Position numbers and translations under genes: made by a program. A model generated the notes under the pieces. The model searched no databases and had not been told where the DNA came from. It worked only from the letters and a program-made list of their open reading frames with translations. From assembly GCF_000009705.1 (NCBI RefSeq), contig NC_003272.1, positions 4,980,001 through 5,012,000 of the forward strand: a DNA stretch of 32,000 nucleotides, given 5' to 3'. This stretch comes from Nostoc sp. PCC 7120 = FACHB-418. GTDB lineage: Bacteria; Cyanobacteriota; Cyanobacteriia; Cyanobacteriales; Nostocaceae. Numbering within the stretch: the first letter of the stretch is position 1; each line of letters begins with the position of its first letter. Shown here one piece after another: positions 24,817 through 32,000 of the stretch.

Positions 24817-25710
24817 TTAATTATAATTATGCTGCCAAAATATATATTGTTTTTGATGTTCACACAGCCTTAAACTTATGGTAAGTAAATCATCGTTATT
24901 AAGAGAAGACTTGCAATAAAACGGGTGCTTTGGTTGTCTAGTGGTGTAGTCAAAAAATATTGACAATCTATCAGAGGCTAACGGTAACTTTCCTCTATGA
25001 AAAATATTAGCAGTATCAGCAAAAATCACTGTCCCAGACTTTCCTGTGCAGGGTTGCCAATAAGATGAAGATACAACCTGCTCCATAATCTCATCCTTTA
25101 TATAAGTATCATCATATTTCAAAGACTTAGAAATATGTGAAGTCAAAAACTTGGGGATATATTCAAAAGTCCCACCATCTTCCTTTACATCGTTAAGATA
25201 AATAATAATTTTGAGCATCTTCCTATCTTCTTTATCCAGATGCCATAATCTAGATTTTTTTTGTACTTGATTATTAATATCTCGGCGAAAATAAGCACCA
25301 TGATAAGCTACTGATAAACCAAGATAGTTTTCTACAATATTAAGTAATCTCTCCTGGATTCCCCAGAGGAAAATACTAGAATGTTCCCTAATTTGCTCAG
25401 AGGTAGCATGAACAGTAAATTCATTTTGACTTCCAGCAATATTTTTCGGTATTTTTGCCCCCAAAAGTTTTGCAGCTTGGAGCATTTCCATCGTAGAGGG
25501 AATTGATAATTCTGTTAATGAAGTTATCGCAATCCCTTTTTCTTGAAGATTTTCAACCAACGATAAATCATTTTCCGAAAGATATGGTAGATGATCAATA
25601 TGTTTAGCGATCGCTGTTTGATAAGCAATATCAGCCGTATTACTGAGTAATGGTATTTGATATATTTTTCTAATTATTTCGTTGCGAACTTTTTTGACAA
25701 TTTTTATCAT
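24817..25710 (-). CDS. 2OG-Fe(II) oxygenase-like (PhyH-like) protein, AT-rich gene
   Basis: Candidate facial triad WHLD (HxD) ... DGGTFEYIP ... ANIFHRG, plus a downstream Arg (DRLSIFFDY). This is a pattern-level call only. Confidence 0.5.
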   Translation of the reverse strand: MIKIVKKVRNEIIRKIYQIPLLSNTADIAYQTAIAKHIDHLPYLSENDLSLVENLQEKGIAITSLTELSIPSTMEMLQAAKLLGAKIPKNIAGSQNEFTVHATSEQIREHSSIFLWGIQERLLNIVENYLGLSVAYHGAYFRRDINNQVQKKSRLWHLDKEDRKMLKIIIYLNDVKEDGGTFEYIPKFLTSHISKSLKYDDTYIKDEIMEQVVSSSYWQPCTGKSGTVIFADTANIFHRGKLPLASDRLSIFFDYTTRQPKHPFYCKSSLNNDDLLTISLRLCEHQKQYIFWQHNYN

Positions 25711-25966
25711 AATTGCTCTGATACCATTATTTCAAATAAAATCTATATTGGTTCCCATGTCAGGAATTTAAAGATATAAAAAACTAACTAAAGTTGGAAG
25801 CAGATAAATTTATAATTCAGCATTTATGTAAAGTTTATGAATGATTTTCTACTTGTAATATTATTGCTAATACTGACTAATAATATCGTCTTTCATGCCT
25901 TCCTATGAGCCATATTGGCATTAATTTCCATAAAATAAAACTTACTTAAATACCAATACAGTTTAC

Positions 25967-26155
25967 TTAAGAAAACGTGAATTCGACGGAACCTAACCCC
26001 AACCCCTTCCCTACAAGGGAAGGGGCTGAAAATCTATAAGTGAGTACCAAATAATCAGGGTTTTAAGCCTCTCCCCGCGTCGGGGAGAGGTACCCTGCGG
26101 GAAGCAAGCTATGGAGAGGGGTTCTTCCGAATTTATCGAACTCACGTTAAGAAAA
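25967..26155. mobile_element. MITE-like element (171 bp, 25976-26146) flanked by a 9-bp direct duplication TTAAGAAAA
   Basis: TTAAGAAAA occurs at 25967-25975 and 26147-26155. The termini are inverted: CGTGAATTCGA... vs ...TCGAACTCACG (10/11). The interior holds two GC-rich hairpins, CCCCTTCCC-TACAA-GGGAAGGGG and CCTCTCCCCG-CGT-CGGGGAGAGG. No ORF. Confidence 0.6.
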
Positions 26156-26157
26156 TA

Positions 26158-26191
26158 GTTTGTAGTAAGGACTGAAGTCCTCACTACAAAC
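26158..26191. repeat. 15-bp-stem hairpin GTTTGTAGTAAGGAC-TGAA-GTCCTCACTACAAAC
   Basis: One A-C mismatch in the stem. It is a recognisable Nostoc dispersed palindrome type and abuts the MITE duplication. Confidence 0.7.
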
Positions 26192-26268
26192 TCTTCCTTG
26201 CTTCAAAAAAACCAGATTTTAGACTTAACTAAACCGGATTGACTTAAATACTACAAAACTATTTTTAG

Positions 26269-26305
26269 TAAAAAATAAAAATCCCTGATGAAAATCTCAG
26301 GGATT
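26269..26305 (-). terminator. rho-independent terminator of the STAS-sugar transferase gene
   Basis: AATCCCTGA (26280-88) pairs with TCAGGGATT (26297-305). The minus strand continues TTTTATTTTTT. It lies about 80 nt after the stop at 26384. Confidence 0.7.
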
Positions 26306-26383
26306 CTTAGTAATTTTACAAAATGATTGTATTTAGTTAATGCTGGCAACTGGTTTTGTATGTTACACAATCATATTAATTTT

Positions 26384-27439
26384 CTAGTAAGCACCACTAT
26401 TTCTATTAAACAGAATGGTAACAGTTTTGAAAATTAGTTTCAAATCATACATCAAGCTCCAGTTTTTCTGATATAGCAAATCTAGGCGGATTACATCTTC
26501 AAAACTACGAACTTTAGACCTGCCATTCACTTGCCATTCCCCAGTCATACCGGGTTTAACATCCAAACGTTGCCATTCTGGAACTTCATAGCGTTCTACT
26601 TCATCAGGTGTAGGCGGTCTAGTCCCTACTAAACTCATATCTCCTTTCAAGACATTCCAAAATTGGGGGAATTCATCCAGACTAGTACGACGTAAAAATC
26701 TGCCAACCTTTGTAATTCTAGGATCATTTTCGTTCTTGAAAAAAGCACCCTGTACCTGGTTTTCGACTTGAGATTTTTTTGCTTCCGCATCCACACACAT
26801 GGAGCGAAATTTCCAAATTTTGAAGCGTTTACCCATCCAACCACAACGGATTTGTCCAAAGAAAATGGGGCCTGGATCATCGATTTGAATTGCAATCACA
26901 ATGGGAATACACAAAATCCCCGTAATTACCAAACCCACTAAAGCACCAAAAATATCCAGAAATCGTTTAGTCCATGATGCAACAGAGGGATGAGTGGTAG
27001 GTAGTTGCTCTATTTTACGAGTAGAAACTTTCTGGTTATCTAAAGCATTCTCAGCTTCTGTTGGGGATATATTGCTACTGGGTTCAATAGAAAAAACTTT
27101 ATCTAGTCCGGTGAGGTTTAATACTGCCATGACCTGGGGAGTGACATTCCGCAGGATCATGACAATTCCTTTTTCTTTAGTAGTCTTAAAGTTACTAACT
27201 AATGCTCCCAAGCCACTGCTATCCATAAAGGTAGTTTGTTGAAAATCTATAATGATTTCCTTGGGATGAGAGTTTCCTTTGGTTAATTCTTGGCAGGTTT
27301 GCTTAAAGCCTACTGCTTCCAGCACGCTTAAGCGGGCAGGAACCTGCACTATTAGGGTTTCATTTAGGGTGGTAACTAGAAAATTTACCTCTGTGGGTTG
27401 GCTAGTCATGAAGCTCTGCACTTTGGTTGCCATGTACAT
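26384..27439 (-). CDS. STAS (SpoIIAA-like) domain fused to a monotopic polyprenyl-phosphate phosphoglycosyl transferase (Bac_transf family)
   Basis: The N-terminus ...IIIDFQQTTFMDSSGLGALV...LNLTGLDKVF is a STAS domain with the DSSG serine. It is followed by one hydrophobic helix, then PIFFGQIRCG..GKRFKIWKFRSM...DPRITKVGRFLRRTSLDEFPQFWNVLKGDMSLVGTRP. By position it would be all4160 of PCC 7120 if my locus recollection holds. Confidence 0.85.
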   Translation of the reverse strand: MYMATKVQSFMTSQPTEVNFLVTTLNETLIVQVPARLSVLEAVGFKQTCQELTKGNSHPKEIIIDFQQTTFMDSSGLGALVSNFKTTKEKGIVMILRNVTPQVMAVLNLTGLDKVFSIEPSSNISPTEAENALDNQKVSTRKIEQLPTTHPSVASWTKRFLDIFGALVGLVITGILCIPIVIAIQIDDPGPIFFGQIRCGWMGKRFKIWKFRSMCVDAEAKKSQVENQVQGAFFKNENDPRITKVGRFLRRTSLDEFPQFWNVLKGDMSLVGTRPPTPDEVERYEVPEWQRLDVKPGMTGEWQVNGRSKVRSFEDVIRLDLLYQKNWSLMYDLKLIFKTVTILFNRNSGAY

Positions 27440-27626
27440 TTAATCTGCCACACATTTATTTTGTTCTAGAAAATTACCTAACCTTATGTTAATCAGTAGG
27501 AATAATGACTCATAGTTAGTTACTCAGGATCAGATTAGAGATTGACTACAAAGATTCACAATAGAACAAGAAGCTAAAAAACATACTTGTTGTTGCATCG
27601 ACGTAGCGCGATCGCATATTACACCC

Positions 27627-28421
27627 ATGACTGCTAAAACTACAGCCGAACCTACTGCTCGCCTGGTTGAGGTCTTTTCTGCTATTCAAGGGGAAGGACT
27701 GAATGTCGGGACACGTCAAATTTTTATTCGCTTTGCTTTTTGTGACTTGCGCTGTCACTTTTGCGATAGCGCCCACACATGGAATGCACCTGCTAGTTGT
27801 AGGATAGAACGATCGCCAGGACTGCGAGATTTTGAAAGTCACCCAAATCCTGTCCCTCTAACCACTCTCATCGAATGGGTTGAAAGGCAAAACTTACCTT
27901 GTCTACACGATAGCATTAGCTTAACCGGTGGAGAGCCACTTCTTCATGCTCCTTTTTTACAGGAATTTTTGCCCAAAGTGCGATCGCTCACTGGTTTACC
28001 TATATACCTAGAGACAGGCGGACATCGCCCAGAACAATTGGCTACGATTTTACCCTATCTAGACTCTGTGGGTATGGATTTGAAGCTCCCTAGTGTCAGT
28101 GGTGAATCTCATTGGCAAGCGCATTCCCAATTCCTTCAACTTTGCCTTACACAATCAGAGACTTTTGTCAAGATAATTATCTCTCATCGCACAAACTTAG
28201 CTGAATTGGAACGCGCGGCTTTACTTGTGGCAGATGTCAGTCCTGAAATCCCTGTATTTTTGCAGCCTGTCACGCCTTTGGCCGAATCTGAGCAATTCAG
28301 CCCAACACCCGCACTTGCTCCTGCTCCAGCAGATGTTTTGACGTGGCAAGCTTCGATGAAACGGTTTTTAAAATACGTTCGCGTCGTGCCGCAGACTCAT
28401 AAAATGTTAAATCAGTTATGA
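27627..28421 (+). CDS. queE: 7-carboxy-7-deazaguanine synthase (radical SAM)
   Basis: VEVFSAIQGEGLNVGTRQIFIRFAFCDLRCHFCDS contains the CX3CX2C cluster motif in the QueE-typical N-terminal context. Confidence 0.85.
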   Translation: MTAKTTAEPTARLVEVFSAIQGEGLNVGTRQIFIRFAFCDLRCHFCDSAHTWNAPASCRIERSPGLRDFESHPNPVPLTTLIEWVERQNLPCLHDSISLTGGEPLLHAPFLQEFLPKVRSLTGLPIYLETGGHRPEQLATILPYLDSVGMDLKLPSVSGESHWQAHSQFLQLCLTQSETFVKIIISHRTNLAELERAALLVADVSPEIPVFLQPVTPLAESEQFSPTPALAPAPADVLTWQASMKRFLKYVRVVPQTHKMLNQL

Positions 28422-28567
28422 GCAGTAAACCAACAAATTTCTGTAAATTTCTCTGATGAAATTAAAAACTTTGTAAGGGCAAGGCCATATAGTGTTTTTT
28501 CGTTGTCTACAATACACTCTGCAAGGGGTGAGCAGCTAGATTAGCTTATCTTGTAGCCTTTTACCTT

Positions 28568-28609
28568 TGTGCCTCTGCGGTTAAATAAATTTCCAACCAC
28601 AGAGGCACA
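28568..28609. other. hairpin TGTGCCTCTG...CAGAGGCACA between convergent queE and the next gene
   Basis: 10-bp perfect stem, extendable by 2 bp after one mismatch, with a 16-nt loop. No clear U-run on either strand. Confidence 0.4.
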
Positions 28610-28656
28610 CAAATCGAAATATTTAGGCGGTTATTATCCACTTCATGTATTTTTTC

Positions 28657-29295
28657 TTAGTCTTCATCAGTGGTTTTAGATTTAGCTTTTGCCTTGTTAG
28701 CACTGCGTTTGAGTGCCGATAGTCTGGCTTCATAGCGAGAACGTTGGCGTTTACTGGGAGTAGTGTCAATGAGAGTTTTTAAAGCGCTACCAAGACTTTT
28801 GTAGGCATTAGGGAGACTATAACCGAAGCGAGTTGCCAGGGCGATCGCTTTTTCATCCGCATCCAGCACTTCTCTAATTTGTTTTTCCCCGTTATTCTTT
28901 TGGTACAGTCGCCAGCCAGAAACACCGCACAGCGCCAAAGCCAACACTAACAATAATCCATCCTGTACCCATAACTCACCTACAGCACCGCCCAAACCAA
29001 TAGCTAATGCTGCCATTTCCCAACCATCTTTGGGAATTGTGTCATTTTGAATACGGGCGACTTCATGCCAAAATAGCAGATTACGCTGATCCATTGCCAG
29101 AGCATCCCATTTAACCAAGTCAATTTGAATTTCTACCTGGTCTTTACCAATTTCTTCGCTACGGATCAGGGGTGGATTGACCTCAGTTGTACCTTCAACC
29201 GTGACCCAGCTCTGCAATTCTGGCGGTAGTAGGCCTTTCAACCGCCGTAGTTCACTCATTTCCGCTTTAGCAGAGGAGGTTGCATAGGATGTCAT
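28657..29295 (-). CDS. conserved cyanobacterial membrane protein (DUF3318-like, name from memory)
   Basis: 212 aa with two adjacent hydrophobic helices (AALAIGLGGAVGELW / LLLVLALALCGVSGW) and a basic C-terminal tail. No catalytic motif recognised. Confidence 0.5.
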   Translation of the reverse strand: MTSYATSSAKAEMSELRRLKGLLPPELQSWVTVEGTTEVNPPLIRSEEIGKDQVEIQIDLVKWDALAMDQRNLLFWHEVARIQNDTIPKDGWEMAALAIGLGGAVGELWVQDGLLLVLALALCGVSGWRLYQKNNGEKQIREVLDADEKAIALATRFGYSLPNAYKSLGSALKTLIDTTPSKRQRSRYEARLSALKRSANKAKAKSKTTDED

Positions 29296-29481
29296 AAAAT
29301 CCAGCCCTAGAAAATTTCAGTATATTGTGAGGGTATCACTTTGGAGTATAGCTGACTTGGAAGAGTATTGAGTGCTGAGTTCTGGGTAAAAAATTTGAAC
29401 ATCTGGCTTCTATCCTCAGTGCTACTTTCCATTCATCGTGGTGTATGCAGTTAATGATAACTATTTAAGTGATGATGCGTC

Positions 29482-30039
29482 TCACTCTGTAGGAAAACTA
29501 CCCCGCTTCTTTCGGGCTTCCATTGCTTTTTCTAGTATTTCTAATAATCCAGGAGCTTCTTCCTGAATACTCAATAATAATCTTTCACCAAGTTCTATAT
29601 TCCCAGGATCATGACCTGTTTTCATCACTTCTATCAATCGGGGTATAGCTATATTGTCCACAATCTGAATTAATCCGCTCAGACACCGATGAAATTGCCT
29701 TTCGGTCAGAATCGAGTCTTCCAAGGGAAACTCAATAATTGCTCTAATTTCACCGTCTGATGGGTCATATTCCCATTGCAGCATTTTCGTTTCCCAAGAA
29801 ATTGCTAGCATCGTCTGTAAGATAGCTCCCTTATAAGGGTGGTCTTGTACTCCAGCCAGAACTTGGGGCGCAAATACTCGAAAAAATTTTCCTTCTTCGT
29901 CTAGTTGGACAACTATTAAAAAATCTTCTAGGTTGTCAGCGTCCACACCTGTGATAATGCGGTCTTCTTCTTCCTCAAGACGGTAGTCCCAACCTAGTTT
30001 GTCTAAGTAATTAGCAATTTGTTTGAGGTTAGCTCCCAT
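29482..30039 (-). CDS. YbjN-like (T3SS-chaperone-fold) domain protein
   Basis: LKQIANYLDKLGWDYRLEEEEDRIITGV...FLIVVQLDEEGKFFRVFA...LAISWETKMLQWEYDPSDGEIRAIIEFPL follows the YbjN pattern. The track start (30081) is a GTG; ATG at 30039 has GAGAGGG upstream. Confidence 0.5.
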   Translation of the reverse strand: MGANLKQIANYLDKLGWDYRLEEEEDRIITGVDADNLEDFLIVVQLDEEGKFFRVFAPQVLAGVQDHPYKGAILQTMLAISWETKMLQWEYDPSDGEIRAIIEFPLEDSILTERQFHRCLSGLIQIVDNIAIPRLIEVMKTGHDPGNIELGERLLLSIQEEAPGLLEILEKAMEARKKRGSFPTE

Positions 30040-30181
30040 AAAACCCTCTCGAAAAAATGGTGGAGCATTTGTCACCAGCACTAGTGTAACCTTTTAGGGG
30101 CATCTGGATTAATTGACATAATTGCTTCTCTAGTTTTCGTAAGGGTACAGAAAGCCTTAGTAAACTAAATAAGTCTGTTGG

Positions 30182-30193
30182 TGGATATATCCA
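30182..30193. promoter_or_regulatory. perfect 12-bp palindrome TGGATATATCCA in the divergent promoter region
   Basis: Read directly from the sequence. It is immediately followed by a 10-bp stem, CCAGATTTCT-N8-AGAAATTTGG (one G-U pair). Function unknown. Confidence 0.25.
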
Positions 30194-30490
30194 GATTTCT
30201 CATATTGCAGAAATTTGGCGAGACTTCAGGTACTCAACTTGTAAAATGAGTAGTTTATCTTGTTTCTCGATTAATTTAAAATACTATTTTTTGTTTGATA
30301 TTCATCAGGTATTGAATACAAATATCTAAAAATAAAATTTAATATATGTCCAAGAAATGACAAGCCCGCATATTATTTTTGTCTTATTACCCATTACTAG
30401 TTTCTATGAGCAGTTTCATAAATTAAATAGGATGGTGAGAAGTACCCAAAAGGTTCTATATTACAAACATCAATTTGTTGCCACGACTTT

Positions 30491-31600
30491 ATGGTATTCA
30501 GCAACACTTTTCGAGGGTCATTAACTGAGATGTTTATGAATAAATTAGCTGTTATCCTGGGCGCATCATTAATTTTTACTACTACTGCTTGTGGAGGAGA
30601 TTCAGCGCCAACAACCGATACATCTACTAATTCAGGAAGTACATTAGTAGCAAATCGCTGGAATACGATCAAAAACCGTGGTCAGTTAATTTGCGGTGTC
30701 AGTGGCGAAGTTCCAGGATTCAGTTTTGTGGGAACTGACGGCGAGTATAGCGGTATTGATGTAGATGTTTGTCGGGCGATCGCCGCAGCTTTGTTTGACA
30801 ACCCAGATGCAGTAGAATTTCGTAACCTCAGCGCGAAAGAACGATTTACGGCGCTACAAACTGGGGAAGTAGATATTCTCAGCCGTAACACTACTTGGAC
30901 ACTCAGCCGCGCTACCTCAGTGGGTCTAGAATTTGCACCTGTAGTCTTTTACGACGGTCAAGCAATCATGGTTCGCAAAAATAGCGCCATCAAGTCTCTA
31001 GCAGACCTGAAAGACAAAGCCATATGTGTGCAAACAGGTACTACAACTGAGCAGAACTTAGCAGACCAAATGCGGAAGCGCAACATCACCTATAAGCCAG
31101 TTGTGTTTGAAGACGTTAACGTTACCTTTGCTACCTACGCTGAAGGACGTTGCGATGCAATTACCGCCGACCGTTCAGCCTTGGTATCCAGACGCACAAC
31201 CCTACCCACACCTGAGGATAATGTGGTTTTGGATGAAGTTATTTCTTCAGAACCACTTGCACCAGCCGTTGCTAGAGGAGATGCTAAATGGAGTAACACT
31301 GTAAATTGGGTAGTTTATGCCTTAATTAAAGGTGAAGAATTAGGAATTAATGCTCAAAATTTAGGTCAATTTACAACTAGTAACGACCCAGATGTGAAAC
31401 GCTTTTTAGGCACCGAAGGTGATTTAGGTCAAGGACTTGGTTTAACTAACGACTTCGCCGCCAGAATCATCAAACACGTCGGGAACTATGCCGAAGTTTA
31501 CGATCGCAACCTCGGCCCCAAGACAAAGCTTAATTTAGCACGCGGTCAAAACCAACTGTGGTCAAAAGGCGGGTTATTATACTCTCCACCATTCCGGTAA
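30491..31600 (+). CDS. natF: amino-acid ABC transporter periplasmic substrate-binding lipoprotein (N-II system NatF by position)
   Basis: Signal peptide with lipobox-like LIFTTTAC, so the likely real start is Met14 at 30530. SBP family 3 body similar to AapJ/BztA-type general amino-acid binding proteins. The natF name rests on my recollection that natFGH-bgtA is alr4164-4167. Confidence 0.8.
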   Translation: MVFSNTFRGSLTEMFMNKLAVILGASLIFTTTACGGDSAPTTDTSTNSGSTLVANRWNTIKNRGQLICGVSGEVPGFSFVGTDGEYSGIDVDVCRAIAAALFDNPDAVEFRNLSAKERFTALQTGEVDILSRNTTWTLSRATSVGLEFAPVVFYDGQAIMVRKNSAIKSLADLKDKAICVQTGTTTEQNLADQMRKRNITYKPVVFEDVNVTFATYAEGRCDAITADRSALVSRRTTLPTPEDNVVLDEVISSEPLAPAVARGDAKWSNTVNWVVYALIKGEELGINAQNLGQFTTSNDPDVKRFLGTEGDLGQGLGLTNDFAARIIKHVGNYAEVYDRNLGPKTKLNLARGQNQLWSKGGLLYSPPFR

Positions 31601-31667
31601 AAGAGTAAGGAAAAATGACTATTGACTATCTATATACAGAAATTGCACCGCAACGTCTCAATGACCA

Positions 31668-32000
31668 ATGACCAACGAAAAACCTCCTTTTTGGCGTGAT
31701 AATCGCTTCTGGTATATTGCTGGGCAATTGATTGCTTTATTTTTAGCTGCATTTGTAGTAGCTATCCTTTTAGGTAATCTTAACCGCAATTTGCAACGAT
31801 TGGGCATTCAATTTGGCTTTGATTTCCTCAAGCAGCAAGCATCTTTTGATATCGGTGAAACCCTGATTGCTTATAAACCAACTGATACTTATAGTTTGGC
31901 TTTATGGGTAGGACTAATTAATTCATTACGAATAGCATTTGTCGGCATCATTCTGACAACAATCGTTGGTATACTTGCGGGGATAGCTAGATTATCTGAT
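31668..32000 (+). CDS. natG: amino-acid ABC transporter permease, N-terminal part (runs off the right edge)
   Basis: My translation from ATG 31668: MTNEKPPFWRDNRFWYIAGQLIALFLAAFVVAILLGNLNRNLQRLGIQFGFDFLKQQASFDIGETLIAYKPTDTYSLALWVGLINSLRIAFVGIILTTIVGILAGIARLSD. This is AapQ/BztB-like and open to the window end. Confidence 0.75.
   Translation, partial: MTNEKPPFWRDNRFWYIAGQLIALFLAAFVVAILLGNLNRNLQRLGIQFGFDFLKQQASFDIGETLIAYKPTDTYSLALWVGLINSLRIAFVGIILTTIVGILAGIARLSD

Noticed and set aside
27440-27626. Possible preQ1 riboswitch upstream of queE
   Set aside because: I could not find the preQ1-I/II conserved core (for example a CCCUC...AAAAAACUA-like segment) or a convincing compact hairpin/pseudoknot in the 187-nt leader.
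27546-27842. 98-aa minus-strand ORF across the queE start
   Set aside because: It is antisense to the radical-SAM motif region of queE, Cys/Ser-rich and without any motif. The queE reading frame is unambiguous.
30397-30891. Minus-strand ORFs 30397..30672 and 30682..30891
   Set aside because: Both are antisense to the natF signal peptide and mature N-terminus. The natF frame has a lipoprotein signal and SBP homology, while these have neither.

Overview
Cyanobacterial chromosomal window, Nostocales type. HIP1 octamers (GCGATCGC) occur throughout, and STRR-like heptamer tandem repeats sit in several intergenic regions. The petF product matches, as far as I remember it, Anabaena/Nostoc sp. PCC 7120 vegetative ferredoxin I residue for residue. 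Gene order also fits my recollection of the PCC 7120 all4131-alr4165 region; this is recollection, not a search result.

Most of the window is core genome: pgk (partial), usp, typA, a Hanks-type Ser/Thr kinase, dps, sulfiredoxin, a SpoIID-like gene, petF, a tightly packed bvdR-map-Coq4-like run, a membrane pentapeptide-repeat protein, a Spo0M-like gene, a small PCP_red protein, a SWIM protein, the NDH-1MS CO2-uptake operon ndhF3-ndhD3-cupA, a STAS-fused phosphoglycosyl transferase, queE, two conserved hypotheticals, and natF-natG (partial).

Accessory material:
- A 3.4 kb conflict islet between usp and typA (955-4460). It holds three complete type II toxin-antitoxin pairs plus a zinc-ribbon/DUF4145 orphan, and carries clear recombination scars (gene fragments and two direct-repeat families).
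- A possible operon of an HTH-GrpE-like fusion followed by two tandem Uma2 (DUF820) nucleases.
- An AT-rich patch downstream of cupA with a 2OG-oxygenase-like gene and a MITE-like element that has a 9-bp target-site duplication.

I saw no rRNA, tRNA, CRISPR array, transposase, integrase or reverse transcriptase.

Nothing here is demonstrably a new multi-gene system. The best candidates for follow-up are the nested TA/DUF4145 islet, the HTH-GrpE + Uma2 pair, the Coq4 homologue as a candidate for the unassigned plastoquinone ring step, and the STAS-phosphoglycosyl transferase fusion.
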